IMG/VR virus record: IMGVR_UViG_3300049482_000051
Span: 1-52,570 of that record
Direction: 5' to 3' (one strand)
Source of the DNA: a virus
Taxonomy: Duplodnaviria > Caudoviricetes
DNA length: 52,570 nucleotides
Positions 25,647-34,963 of this stretch are shown in pieces. How positions within the stretch are numbered: the first letter of the stretch is position 1; the number at the start of each line of letters is the position of its first letter. The position numbers and the translations under genes were made by a program. Under the pieces are notes generated by a model, which saw only the letters and a list, made by a program, of their open reading frames with translations, was not told the origin of the DNA and did no database searches.

Positions 25647-26345
25647 CTAGGTTAGAAGGGTATTGCTCAGCATGTACTGAACGATGTGGCAGTTAGGGCC
25701 AACCATGAACAGGTACGGGTAGTCCTGGCTGGCGTGTCGCATGATGTGGTAAAGGCGCCCGGCGTTGCGGTCTGAGGCGAACAGAACCTTAGAGCGCGAA
25801 CCGGTCGAGGAGTCAAGGACTAGGAAGTACAAGTGGACCAAGCCCTTAGCCCTTGGATACCGGGTATCGAATGACAGGGCGTGTTCAAGTAGCCAAGGTT
25901 GTGGGTTGGTGAAGCGCTTCAGGCGGTCCAGGACTTCTTGGGGGAGTGGGGGATTCGCAGCTTGGCCGTGTTCGTCAAGTAGCTGGTCGGACCGGATGGT
26001 GCCGACGGGTGTCAGGTATTCGACAGGGCTATGGCGGTAGGGCAGTTTGTAGTGGCGGAGAAGCTCTTGGCCCACGGCTTGGTTGAAGAGGGTTTGAGCA
26101 CGCGGGGCTAAGCGGGGGAGCGCAGAATGCTTGGAGTTGAGGTTCTGGCAGGACGTGAATTGATCCACGACCATCTGGACTTTCCAGCGGTCCCGAGCGA
26201 GTTGGATGGGCTCTAGGGCTAGTGGATTGAAGTGTCCGGGGGTCACGCGAGTGTGCGGAGAACGTATCCCTAAAAGTTTGTCTTTTTCGAGCAAACGTAA
26301 GTCCAGTGTTTTGGGGTCCGCTGGCGGCAGGGGGAAGAGGGGCAT
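25647..26345 (-). CDS. hypothetical protein
   Basis: Start placed at MPLFPLP (26345), just outside the long inverted repeat; no motif recognised. Confidence 0.6.
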   Translation of the reverse strand: MPLFPLPPADPKTLDLRLLEKDKLLGIRSPHTRVTPGHFNPLALEPIQLARDRWKVQMVVDQFTSCQNLNSKHSALPRLAPRAQTLFNQAVGQELLRHYKLPYRHSPVEYLTPVGTIRSDQLLDEHGQAANPPLPQEVLDRLKRFTNPQPWLLEHALSFDTRYPRAKGLVHLYFLVLDSSTGSRSKVLFASDRNAGRLYHIMRHASQDYPYLFMVGPNCHIVQYMLSNTLLT

Positions 26346-26356
26346 AAAAGAGCGTC

Positions 26357-26535
26357 CTTGTAAGTGCTTGGTAATCAATATCGGCAACCGTTCAAAGTGG
26401 ACCTGGAACATCTAAGAGGGCTTATAGGCTATTTATCCCTAAAGGCCATTAGTGATATTTTGTAGTATTTTGCCTTTGACTGTTGCTAGGTCCACTATGA
26501 ACGGTTAGCGATATTGAAAACAAAGGACTTACAAG
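26357..26535. repeat. ~54 bp imperfect inverted repeat around an AT-rich spacer
   Basis: 26357-26410 CTTGTAAGTGCTTGGTAATCAATATCGGCAACCGTTCAAAGTGGACCTGGAACA versus the reverse complement of 26481-26535 CTTGTAAGTCCTTTGTTTTCAATATCGCTAACCGTTCATAGTGGACCTAGCAACA. Confidence 0.85.
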
Positions 26536-26605
26536 CCTACTGTTCAAGTGTTGCAGGGGTCTTGGGCACCCCTGGACACTCTAGCTCTAGTGAGGCTTTG
26601 AAGCC

Positions 26606-27223
26606 TCAAGCCTGGAGCGTTTGGGCCGCTTCAGCGCTCAAGATTTCAGGCTCCTGGGCCGGAGCAATCCCGGTCACTTCAGCGATGAGCGCGGCTTTCT
26701 CGGATTCGCTGAGGCGAGCAAAGGCGGCCTTAGCTTTTTCGGCCTTCGTGCGTTCCAAGACTTTCGCGCCGCCATCGAGTTTCACCGTGCGTTCCGCATT
26801 CAAGCGGTCGCCGTACTTGGCTTTCAGTTGGATGAAGATGCCACGGGCAAACATGAGCAGACCATGATCCTTGACCAACGCGGCTTTGCCCAATGTCACC
26901 TTGTCGAACGCGGTGGCTTCAAGGCATGCGTCCACCGGGTTCGTAGCATCATGGATTCGATACGCCGTGGGAACAAGGATGTCGTCGACATCCGCGGCTT
27001 TCAGGAGGCCTGCGAAGCGATCGAGGGTGCTCTGGTAAGCCAAGACACCACGGACTTCGGCGGGCAAGTGCTTGGTCTTTCCGGGCTTTGCCATGGCAGC
27101 CATGGCGTTCAACTCTGCGAGGCACGCGGTGCCACGGAGCAAGGCAACGCCCACGATGGTCAGGCGATTCAAGTCGCCCCGAGTCGTGGACATGATGGTT
27201 TTTTGGGTTTCAGTAAGGCTCAT
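26606..27223 (-). CDS. hypothetical early protein
   Basis: 205 aa, Ala/Lys-rich; first long ORF of the minus arm. Confidence 0.7.
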   Translation of the reverse strand: MSLTETQKTIMSTTRGDLNRLTIVGVALLRGTACLAELNAMAAMAKPGKTKHLPAEVRGVLAYQSTLDRFAGLLKAADVDDILVPTAYRIHDATNPVDACLEATAFDKVTLGKAALVKDHGLLMFARGIFIQLKAKYGDRLNAERTVKLDGGAKVLERTKAEKAKAAFARLSESEKAALIAEVTGIAPAQEPEILSAEAAQTLQA

Positions 27224-27245
27224 GGCTAGTCTCGTTTCTTGATTC

Positions 27246-27446
27246 TTAGGTGTCTAGGACACTCCAGATGCTTGGAACACCCAAGCCCTGGGAGCCTAGT
27301 ACGGGAAGGCTAAGCCACTCTGTGGCCCATGGTTCTGAGAAGCTAAGAGCATCGCGCCAGGAGGCTTTGCGCGCTGTGCGGGTCACAGTGACCCGTGAGC
27401 ATGGAATCATGGCCCACATACGCGCTGCGAGTGCTTGGATTGTCAT
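27246..27446 (-). CDS. possible small hypothetical protein
   Basis: 66 aa ORF with the same TAGGACTCCCATG start context as the gene at 25639. Confidence 0.35.
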   Translation of the reverse strand: MTIQALAARMWAMIPCSRVTVTRTARKASWRDALSFSEPWATEWLSLPVLGSQGLGVPSIWSVLDT

Positions 27447-28180
27447 GGGAGTCCTAGACGACTAGGGTTTTCAAACGTCATTGTGCCACCCTGTTACCAG
27501 GATGGACACAGAACGCTTGGAAGCGTCTTGGAGTGTTATTTTGAGGTTGCACTGCCATTAGGATGCTAACGGGTCGCCCCTGACAACTATGTTGCCGCAT
27601 CATCACCTAACACGCCAAACTAGGTCAAGCTAGTCCGGTCACATGGTCTTGTCAGAACCAAGAGGGCAAGAGCGTGCTTGATCCGAGGTGCGCCGCACTA
27701 GGCGGGTCTGGTATCTGTGGTCATAATGCCGGCCAAGATGTCTTGGCTGCTACCACGCTCACATGGTCGCTGCATCACCTGATGCATTGTGTCCCTGTGT
27801 TTACCGGATCGCTCAGATTCTGGGAGCTTCGCCGGATGCTTGGACACCTGGGACGCTAGGTCAGAACCCTAGACGGCGCAGGCGCTTGGATGTCAAAGTC
27901 CTTGTGACCCTAGGCGGGCCAAGACCCCGAAGGTCCTGGTATTTTGATCCTCCCGGTCGCTTGGTGGTCTCTGCCACCTAGGTCTAACCGGATCTCACAT
28001 AGTCTTAGAGGGCTTGGAAACTAGGATGACTGGGTCGCGTGGACAACTGAGACACCAAGACAACCTAATTATTCCGTTTTGAAACCGACTGTGAGAATAA
28101 GGGTCCCTACCCCCCAGCCGCGCAAACAACCGGGATATAAGGTAACACTTGAACACATAGCTAACCGAGGCTACTAGGAC

Positions 28181-28208
28181 TTGACATGGGCCTCCTGGCC
28201 TCTAGGGT
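28181..28208 (+). promoter_or_regulatory. sigma70-like promoter for the terminase genes (leaderless)
   Basis: TTGACA-16 nt-TAGGGT, then 6 nt to the ATG at 28215; no Shine-Dalgarno. Confidence 0.55.
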
Positions 28209-28214
28209 ATCGCC

Positions 28215-28709
28215 ATGCCCAAACTTCCAGCCCCGAAGACCACGGCCTACGTGGTAGAGCTAGAGCGTCTGCGAAGAGCTCTGCCACTTCGTGCTCTTCT
28301 CCAGCTAATGACCCAGTCCGCCCTAACCGGCCAAATCCCCATCCTAGACCTGTACGGTAAGCCCACAGGTCAGTTCAAGCCCTTGCGCCCGGACAAGCAG
28401 ATCGACCTGGCCATGTCCTTGATAAACAAGGCGCTCCCCGACCGTCCAGAGCAGCCAGTGCTCCCAGAAGACGCTTCACAAGGTAAAACCATAGATGTCC
28501 GAAATCTTAGCGACGAAGAACTCGAAGCCCTCGCAGTCCACGGCGACACCAAAGACGCCTGTCTTCTCGGACCGAGGGGAGGTCTTGGTACCCCTGGGTC
28601 CATCCAGGACCCAGGGGTTAGCGATACCCAGTCCAGTGCTGAGCCTAGAAGCCCAAGCGAGCCTGGAACTGACCCGGCGAGCCGCGACGACGGAGCTTCA
28701 GCGACGTAA
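28215..28709 (+). CDS. probable terminase small subunit
   Basis: Sits before terL; LINKALPD and IDVRNLSDEELEALA motifs are typical of TerS C-termini. Confidence 0.6.
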   Translation: MPKLPAPKTTAYVVELERLRRALPLRALLQLMTQSALTGQIPILDLYGKPTGQFKPLRPDKQIDLAMSLINKALPDRPEQPVLPEDASQGKTIDVRNLSDEELEALAVHGDTKDACLLGPRGGLGTPGSIQDPGVSDTQSSAEPRSPSEPGTDPASRDDGASAT

Positions 28710-30228
28710 GCTGATCCACCTAACGTCCGCGTTCACCAACGACTACATGCCCGGCTGGGTGCACAAGGAAGTCGCCGAGCACTTGGAAGCCTTCATGGAG
28801 GCCGTGGAGCGCAAGCAGTCTCCGCGCCTCATGATCTTCTTGCCTCCACGGACCGGGAAGACCCAGCTAGTATCCCGGTGCTTCCCGGCCTACGTCATGG
28901 GCCACCACCCAGAATGGGAAGTCATCGCCGCCACGTTCGGCCAAGACCTCGCCGACGACATCGGGCGCTACGTACGGAGCATCGTCAATGACCCCCAGTA
29001 CCACAAGCTATTCCCCGACACTAAGCTCCAAACTGGCTCTAATGCCGCCGACCGACTTGATACCACGTCTCGCGGTGGCTACCGGGCGGTGGGACGCGGA
29101 GGCGCTCTCACGGGTCGAGGAGCCCATGTACTTATACTTGATGACCCGCTCAAAGACGACTCAGAAGCTGATAGCGCCACCGTCCAAGAAGGACTCCGGT
29201 CCTGGTACATCACGAGCGCCCGAAGCCGTCTAGCGCCCGGGGGCGGCATCATCATTGTCCAGACTCTCTGGAGTCTCAACGATCTCCCCTTGTTCCTCCT
29301 GGAGTGTCAAGATAAGGACGAACTCGCCGACAAATGGAAGGTCTACAAGTACCCGGCTATCGCAACCCAGGACGAACCTAACCGCAAGAAGGGCGAGGCG
29401 CTACACCCTGACCGCTTCGGCGTCAAGGATCTAGAGCGCACCCGGGCGTCCTATTACGCTACGGGCATGAGCCGCTGGTGGAACTCCCTGTACCAGCAGA
29501 ACCCAGTCGACGAAGAAGGCAATTTCTTTAAAAGAGAATGGATCGACTATTACGACAAGCTCCCAGAGGACCTGAACTGGTACATGGGCGTCGACTACGC
29601 CGTGTCCGTCAAGTCGCATAACGATCCTACAGCGATCGTAAGATTCGGAGTCTCTCCTAGCGGAGACATCTACATAGACCCCGAAATCTTCTGCGACCGC
29701 GTGTCATCCCTAGACGCCATCAACACCGTGCTCCGCATGGCCAAGGCCAAGAAGGTCTGGCAGATCGGGTCTGAAAAGGGCGTCATTGAGAACGCCATTG
29801 GGCCACTGTTTGAGCAGCGCTGCCGGGAGATGAAGTACTACCCGTTCGTCCACAAGCTAGCCCGTAGTCAGTCTAAGCACGTCTACGCCGCCGTGTTGCA
29901 AGGCCGTATGCAGCAGCACAAGATCAAGTTTCCTAGAACTAAGTTTGTCGAAGAAGTCCTGGTCCCTGAGCTTATGGCCTTCCGCGCCGACGCAGACAAT
30001 AAGAGCGACAACCTCGTAGACGCCCTAACCAACGGGTTGCTCATGGTCAACACCCTAATCCCAGCGAAGGAGTCGAAGCCCGAGCCCGTAGACTCAGATA
30101 TAGTCCCCGGGTCCATGGAAGACCTCATGAGCCGGAAGCACCATAACATCTTCGAGCTAGACCAAGAGGACCGCAGTTCCATCTTCGCTTGGCGCAAGAA
30201 GGACAAAAAGAAGCCTAGGTTCTGGTAA
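28495..30228 (+). CDS. terL: terminase large subunit
   Basis: LPPRTGKT (Walker A), LTGRGAHVLILDDP (Walker B), GVDYA..DPTA and DNLVDA nuclease motifs; true start uncertain. Confidence 0.95.
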   Translation: MSEILATKNSKPSQSTATPKTPVFSDRGEVLVPLGPSRTQGLAIPSPVLSLEAQASLELTRRAATTELQRRKLIHLTSAFTNDYMPGWVHKEVAEHLEAFMEAVERKQSPRLMIFLPPRTGKTQLVSRCFPAYVMGHHPEWEVIAATFGQDLADDIGRYVRSIVNDPQYHKLFPDTKLQTGSNAADRLDTTSRGGYRAVGRGGALTGRGAHVLILDDPLKDDSEADSATVQEGLRSWYITSARSRLAPGGGIIIVQTLWSLNDLPLFLLECQDKDELADKWKVYKYPAIATQDEPNRKKGEALHPDRFGVKDLERTRASYYATGMSRWWNSLYQQNPVDEEGNFFKREWIDYYDKLPEDLNWYMGVDYAVSVKSHNDPTAIVRFGVSPSGDIYIDPEIFCDRVSSLDAINTVLRMAKAKKVWQIGSEKGVIENAIGPLFEQRCREMKYYPFVHKLARSQSKHVYAAVLQGRMQQHKIKFPRTKFVEEVLVPELMAFRADADNKSDNLVDALTNGLLMVNTLIPAKESKPEPVDSDIVPGSMEDLMSRKHHNIFELDQEDRSSIFAWRKKDKKKPRFW

Positions 30229-30229
30229 C

Positions 30230-30481
30230 ATGAGGTACCGTGGCTCTAGCTTTGTTCTCAGCGACGATAAAACCTACGTTAGGGTTAGGAATGACCCCGT
30301 GACATTTGTCGAAATGACAAAGAATCTACTTGAATTTTGCAATTTCGATCCTAGGTACTTTGAACTGTACCTGGACAAAGCCGGAGCCCTGTGGGTCCGG
30401 AAGCCCGCAGGGACTCAAAGGAAATACCCAGATGCGCCCATTCTCCGGAAGCTCCCGTCGATCTCGTACGAGGCGCTGTAA
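30230..30481 (+). CDS. hypothetical protein
   Basis: 83 aa ORF starting 1 nt after the terL stop. Confidence 0.5.
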   Translation: MRYRGSSFVLSDDKTYVRVRNDPVTFVEMTKNLLEFCNFDPRYFELYLDKAGALWVRKPAGTQRKYPDAPILRKLPSISYEAL

Positions 30482-30923
30482 AGGTTGCGGGGTCGAATGC
30501 ACCGCCGAACGCTGTACCCCGTGCAAACGGGCTTACCGCGATAAGCTAGGTCGAGATCAGGCCACCGCGACCGCCCTACGCGAGGTCCTTGAGAAGACCT
30601 GCGACTTCTGCGGAACAGAAAAGCGTCATGTCGAGTTCCATAAAAGCTCCACTTGCTTGTCGTGCCTAGCCAAGATAGCCAACGCTTCGACCTACGGCCT
30701 ATCCCGGCCCGACTACGCGGCCATGCTGCGGGAATCCTCTGGTAGGTGCAAGATATGTAAGACCAACTGCGACCTCGTGATAGACCACTGTCACGCCACT
30801 GGTCGGGTGCGCGGCCTCCTGTGCCACCACTGCAATAGCCTTCTCGGGTTTGCGCGGGACAACCGTGCGACCCTGCTAAGCGCCGTCGGGTATCTAAAGA
30901 AAGCTGTTGACGGTTTAGAATAG
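30432..30923 (+). CDS. endonuclease VII-like (His-Me finger) nuclease with N-terminal zinc fingers
   Basis: YGLS..DY..ML..S.GRCKIC...LVIDHCHATGRVRGLLCHHCNSLLG; start uncertain. Confidence 0.88.
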   Translation: MRPFSGSSRRSRTRRCKGCGVECTAERCTPCKRAYRDKLGRDQATATALREVLEKTCDFCGTEKRHVEFHKSSTCLSCLAKIANASTYGLSRPDYAAMLRESSGRCKICKTNCDLVIDHCHATGRVRGLLCHHCNSLLGFARDNRATLLSAVGYLKKAVDGLE

Positions 30924-30934
30924 TCTGGTAGGAT
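30907..30934 (+). promoter_or_regulatory. sigma70-like promoter with extended -10
   Basis: TTGACG-16 nt-(TG.)TAGGAT upstream of the 30986 gene. Confidence 0.5.
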
Positions 30935-30985
30935 TCCAGTATAACCACGCCCTGGGGTAAACCCAGAATTTCCCAAGGATATCCC

Positions 30986-31834
30986 ATGGCCACGAATCGC
31001 CTCTTCTCCGACCCCGCTCAGGTGGTCTTCATCTCCAACGCGTTCTTGTACTCGCGCCGGACGCCGTTCATCGTTGAACAGCCGGTGAAGATCAAGTCGC
31101 ACGCAGGTACTACGCTCTACGGCGCTAATCACCCCGGCGATGCAAGCACCACGAAGTTCCAGAGCTTCAAGCAGCGCTTCTCGGGCAACAAGGCGTTCGT
31201 GCTCCCCTCGACTGTCACCATCCCCCAGAACACCACGGGCGGCGCCCTCTCGGCGGCTAACCAGCTTCGCGTGGTCGTGTTGGTCGAAGACGTCCCGGCT
31301 CTCCGCGCTCGCGGCGACCAGGTGGCTGTGGCTGGCCAGAGCATCGTGGCTGCCGGTGGCGGCACTGCGGCGGGCGACGCGACCCTGAGCATCAAGGGCA
31401 CCACGCCTGCCAATCTCCTGGTCGGCTCGGTTCTCATGTCCATCGCGTCCAGCGGCGCCGACACCAACACCATCCTGGTGGGTGACAAGCTCAACGTCGC
31501 CGGTCACACGGTTGACTACTTCGCCACTGCGACTACCACCTCCCTGAACGGTACCACGGAAGTCAACGTCCCGATTACCCCGCCCATCCAGACTGCCATG
31601 GTTGCGGCCCAGGTTGTTACCATCACCTCGGCTGGCGGCGCTTCGAGCCGTACCCTGATGCTCGGTACTGCCCCGGCTGTCGGCGCAGTGGTCGAGGCCC
31701 TCGTGCTCGATGCTACCGACGTCATCACTGAAACCGGCGGCGCCATGACCGCTGGCCGCGACTACGAGACCCGCGCCAAGTCGGTGTTCTACACCGTGGG
31801 CGACGTGAACCTCACCAAGGCCATGGGTATCTAA
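30986..31834 (+). CDS. virion structural protein (decoration or fibre-like)
   Basis: Thr/Ala/Gly/Val-rich beta protein with its own promoter and terminator. Confidence 0.55.
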   Translation: MATNRLFSDPAQVVFISNAFLYSRRTPFIVEQPVKIKSHAGTTLYGANHPGDASTTKFQSFKQRFSGNKAFVLPSTVTIPQNTTGGALSAANQLRVVVLVEDVPALRARGDQVAVAGQSIVAAGGGTAAGDATLSIKGTTPANLLVGSVLMSIASSGADTNTILVGDKLNVAGHTVDYFATATTTSLNGTTEVNVPITPPIQTAMVAAQVVTITSAGGASSRTLMLGTAPAVGAVVEALVLDATDVITETGGAMTAGRDYETRAKSVFYTVGDVNLTKAMGI

Positions 31835-31857
31835 GCTTCATAGAGTTCTAGGAACTC

Positions 31858-31888
31858 AAAAGCCCTGGGTGTCCCCCCAGGGCTTTAT
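31858..31888 (+). terminator. intrinsic terminator (possibly bidirectional)
   Basis: AAAGCCCTGGG-loop-CCCAGGGCTTTAT; preceded by a GAGTTC/GAACTC hairpin. Confidence 0.65.
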
Positions 31889-31900
31889 ACTTGGAGCCTT

Positions 31901-32509
31901 ATGAATCGTGTCGCCATCCCCGTAACCCAGGAGTCCCACGGATTTGTTCGCGGGACTCCTATCTTCTTTGACGGCACGAACTGGGTCCTGGCCACCATTG
32001 GCGGGCCTAGCGTCGGCGTCGTCGGAGACCTCTTGTCCCAAGACGCCTTCGAGTTCGTCCTACTCGGCGAGGTCACGGGCCTTGACACCCTAGTCGCCGG
32101 ATCGCTGTATTACCCAGACGGCGCGGGCGGACTAAGCCTAACCATTAACGGACAGTCTGTTGGCATCGCCTACACAGATACTATACTCCACGTCGTCAAC
32201 GGCGGTTCTGCCTCCGCGTCGACTCCGTCTACTGTCGTCGACCTTTCAAGCTACGCGACCAACGCGGCCCTACTTCAAGCTATCGCAAACGAAGTATCCC
32301 GGGCAAACCTGGCCTACGAACTCAAGTCTACCAGTTCGACTCTGGTTTACACCGGAGACCTATTGACTTCTGTGACCGATGCGTACGGTACGAAGACGTT
32401 CTCGTATGACATTGATGGCCGGCTGACTTCAATCGTCGGGACTGGCCTTTACCCCACCAAGACCTTCGCCTACACGGGCGACCAACTTACTTCGATCACG
32501 GTGACTTAA
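31901..32509 (+). CDS. virion appendage protein with C-terminal YD-like repeats
   Basis: LVYTGDLLTSV / FSYDIDGRLTSI / FAYTGDQLTSI. Confidence 0.55.
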   Translation: MNRVAIPVTQESHGFVRGTPIFFDGTNWVLATIGGPSVGVVGDLLSQDAFEFVLLGEVTGLDTLVAGSLYYPDGAGGLSLTINGQSVGIAYTDTILHVVNGGSASASTPSTVVDLSSYATNAALLQAIANEVSRANLAYELKSTSSTLVYTGDLLTSVTDAYGTKTFSYDIDGRLTSIVGTGLYPTKTFAYTGDQLTSITVT

Positions 32510-32949
32510 TGTCGATGTCCAATGCTGCTGAGGGCGCGCTCCTCGACCTCCTGTTCCTCAACATAGACTTCGCTAACGTGGGCGACGCGGCGGGCCTCCA
32601 GAACAGCGCAGCCGCCGGTAACTTCTACATCGCCCTGCACACCGCAGACCCAGGTGAGGCTGGCGACCAGTCGACCAACGAAGTCGCGTACACCGGGTAT
32701 GCCCGAGTGGCCGTGCCCCGTACCGCCGGCGGATTCAGTCGCTCCGGCGACACGATCTCCAACGTCGCCGCGATTACCTTCGGTCAATGTACCGCAGGTT
32801 CCGCAACCGCCACGTACTTCTCGATTGGCCTGGAAGTCTCAGGCGCCACAGTGATTCTGCTCTCGGGCGCCCTGTCCGCCAATCTTCCCATTAGCTCGCC
32901 GATCCAGCCTATCTTCGCCCCCGGTACCATGACGGCGCAGGTCGACTAA
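32509..32949 (+). CDS. tail/fibre-associated structural protein
   Basis: YIALHTADPGEAG...EV...GYARVAV is a common phage minor tail pattern. Confidence 0.7.
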   Translation: MSMSNAAEGALLDLLFLNIDFANVGDAAGLQNSAAAGNFYIALHTADPGEAGDQSTNEVAYTGYARVAVPRTAGGFSRSGDTISNVAAITFGQCTAGSATATYFSIGLEVSGATVILLSGALSANLPISSPIQPIFAPGTMTAQVD

Positions 32950-32950
32950 C

Positions 32951-33805
32951 GTGGTGGGGTTCCCGAACGTTAAAGCGGTTGTAGATGCCGAGACGCAGGG
33001 GCGTGTTCGGCGCTACTCGTTTCGTAAGACTCCAGCCGTGACGACGGTCGCCGGAATCTGGTGCGACCTGAGTATGTCGCCTGGAAACCCGGTACCAAAC
33101 TACTACGCAAACACGCCGCTGGTTGCTGCGGTTCTGGAAGGCAACGAAGGCCTGTTCCACGGAAGCGATGTAGCACCTGCGACCAAGCACCTGCGCGAAA
33201 CTCTGATTCTTTCGTCTAGCGCAACGGGGCTGCCGCTGGTTCTTCTGCTTTGCGACTACCTGCTGTACTACCCCTTCATCGACCAGGGCGACACTGATCC
33301 GCAGGTCATGGACAACACGGTCACGCTGCCACGATACAGTGACGGCGCGGGCGTCCAGATCATGCCAATCCTCGTGGGCGCGCAGACGGGTGACCAGTCC
33401 TTCACCGTCAGCTACACCAACCAAGACGGCGTGGCAGGCCGCACGACTCCAGTCTGCATCTGCAATACCGCGACGTTCAACGGTGCCATCGTCAGTTCTC
33501 AAACGGCAAACGCCTTGGCTCGCGGCCCGTTCCTCGCGCTCCAAGGTACCGACACCGGCGTCCGGTCCATCGAGTCCGTGACCATGCTCGGCGCCGACGT
33601 GGGTCTCATGACCTTCGTTCTCATCAAGCCCCTCACCACCTTCATCCTCCGCGAACAGACCGCGCCAGTCGAAGTCAATTACGTTACCGATCGCCCGGGT
33701 ATCCCCGAGTTCAAAGACGGCGCGTACCTGAATCTTCTCTGCTGCCCCCAGGGCTCGCTCTCTGGCGTCTCGCTTCACGGCATCCTTACTACGACTTGGA
33801 ACTAA
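32951..33805 (+). CDS. virion structural protein (paralog of the next gene)
   Basis: LPRYSDGAGVQ, YTNQDG and GTDTGVRS are shared with 33809-34960. Confidence 0.6.
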   Translation: MVGFPNVKAVVDAETQGRVRRYSFRKTPAVTTVAGIWCDLSMSPGNPVPNYYANTPLVAAVLEGNEGLFHGSDVAPATKHLRETLILSSSATGLPLVLLLCDYLLYYPFIDQGDTDPQVMDNTVTLPRYSDGAGVQIMPILVGAQTGDQSFTVSYTNQDGVAGRTTPVCICNTATFNGAIVSSQTANALARGPFLALQGTDTGVRSIESVTMLGADVGLMTFVLIKPLTTFILREQTAPVEVNYVTDRPGIPEFKDGAYLNLLCCPQGSLSGVSLHGILTTTWN

Positions 33806-33808
33806 CCC

Positions 33809-34960
33809 ATGGGCTACTCCTCACTAGACGACTTCATCAATAAGGTTTCAGTGTCGCGCAAGTTCAAGCGCACAGACTGGAACAAGAACATGCTGCCAAC
33901 CTCGGCTGCCGTGGCCGGCGAGTGGTCGAACTTGTTCCGTGGCGGCGGCAACCCTGGCGCTGACTCGGTCATCAACACCGGAACCAACTTGGCGTTCCAG
34001 CAGTTGAAGGACACCACGACCAACGCGACTGGGATCCAGCACGGCGGCGACGTCACCCCTGAGACCAAGCACATCATCAACGCCTCGGCGTTCAGCGCCG
34101 CTGCGACGACCATGCCCGCCGTGGCCATGCTGGTCGACCTCGTCGGCTGGTACCGCATCACCTCTGTCACCACCACGGGCGACCAGGCTCTCACCAATGC
34201 CCTGACGGCGCTCGGTACCTTCACCGCCGACGCGGGCACGGATGTCTGCACGCACAGCAATAACAATCTCGACCACACCACCCGCGTTCAGTTGACGACC
34301 TCCGGAACGCTCCCGGCGGGCCTGGCTTTGGCCACGGACTACTGGACGATCTACGTCACCGACGTCACGTTCAAGCTGGCCACGAGCTACGCGAACGCCG
34401 TCGCCGGGACGCCCATCGACATCACGGACGCGGGCACCGGCACCCACACGACCACCTGCGTTCTCCCACGCTACACGAACGGCGCGGGCGTCCAGGCCAT
34501 GGTGGTGAACTCGAACGCAACGGCGATGGGCGCGGCGACCCCCAACATTCGCCTGACCTACACGGATCAGGGCGACACCGCTGGCAACCTGACGCCCACC
34601 ACGCTCCCGATTGGCAAGACCGCTGCGGCCAACGGGCTCATCGTGTACTCTGGAACAGGCTCAGGTAAGTACGGCCCCGCGATGCCTCTGGCTGCCGGGG
34701 ACTCGGGTATCCGCCTCTGCACCCAGTTCAACCTCTCAGTCTCCTACGTATCGGGCGAACTGGCCACGGTCCTGTACGTTCCGCTGCTCACGCTCCCCAT
34801 GACCACGATCGGCGTGGCCGCTGAGCGCGACTTGCTCCATCAGGTTCCTAGCCTCCCGCGCGTTCGAGACGGCGCGTGCCTAGCCTGGCTGATCTACCAC
34901 GGCGCTGCGACCCCGACGAACTCCGCGTTCTTCGGTCACTTGGACTTTGGCTGGGGCTAA
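33809..34960 (+). CDS. virion structural protein with an inserted beta domain
   Basis: LPRYTNGAGVQ, YTDQGD, AGDSGIR; insertion TTSGTLPAGL..ATDY...FKLATSYANA..GT.IDIT.AGTGTH. Confidence 0.6.
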   Translation: MGYSSLDDFINKVSVSRKFKRTDWNKNMLPTSAAVAGEWSNLFRGGGNPGADSVINTGTNLAFQQLKDTTTNATGIQHGGDVTPETKHIINASAFSAAATTMPAVAMLVDLVGWYRITSVTTTGDQALTNALTALGTFTADAGTDVCTHSNNNLDHTTRVQLTTSGTLPAGLALATDYWTIYVTDVTFKLATSYANAVAGTPIDITDAGTGTHTTTCVLPRYTNGAGVQAMVVNSNATAMGAATPNIRLTYTDQGDTAGNLTPTTLPIGKTAAANGLIVYSGTGSGKYGPAMPLAAGDSGIRLCTQFNLSVSYVSGELATVLYVPLLTLPMTTIGVAAERDLLHQVPSLPRVRDGACLAWLIYHGAATPTNSAFFGHLDFGWG

Positions 34961-34963
34961 GCC

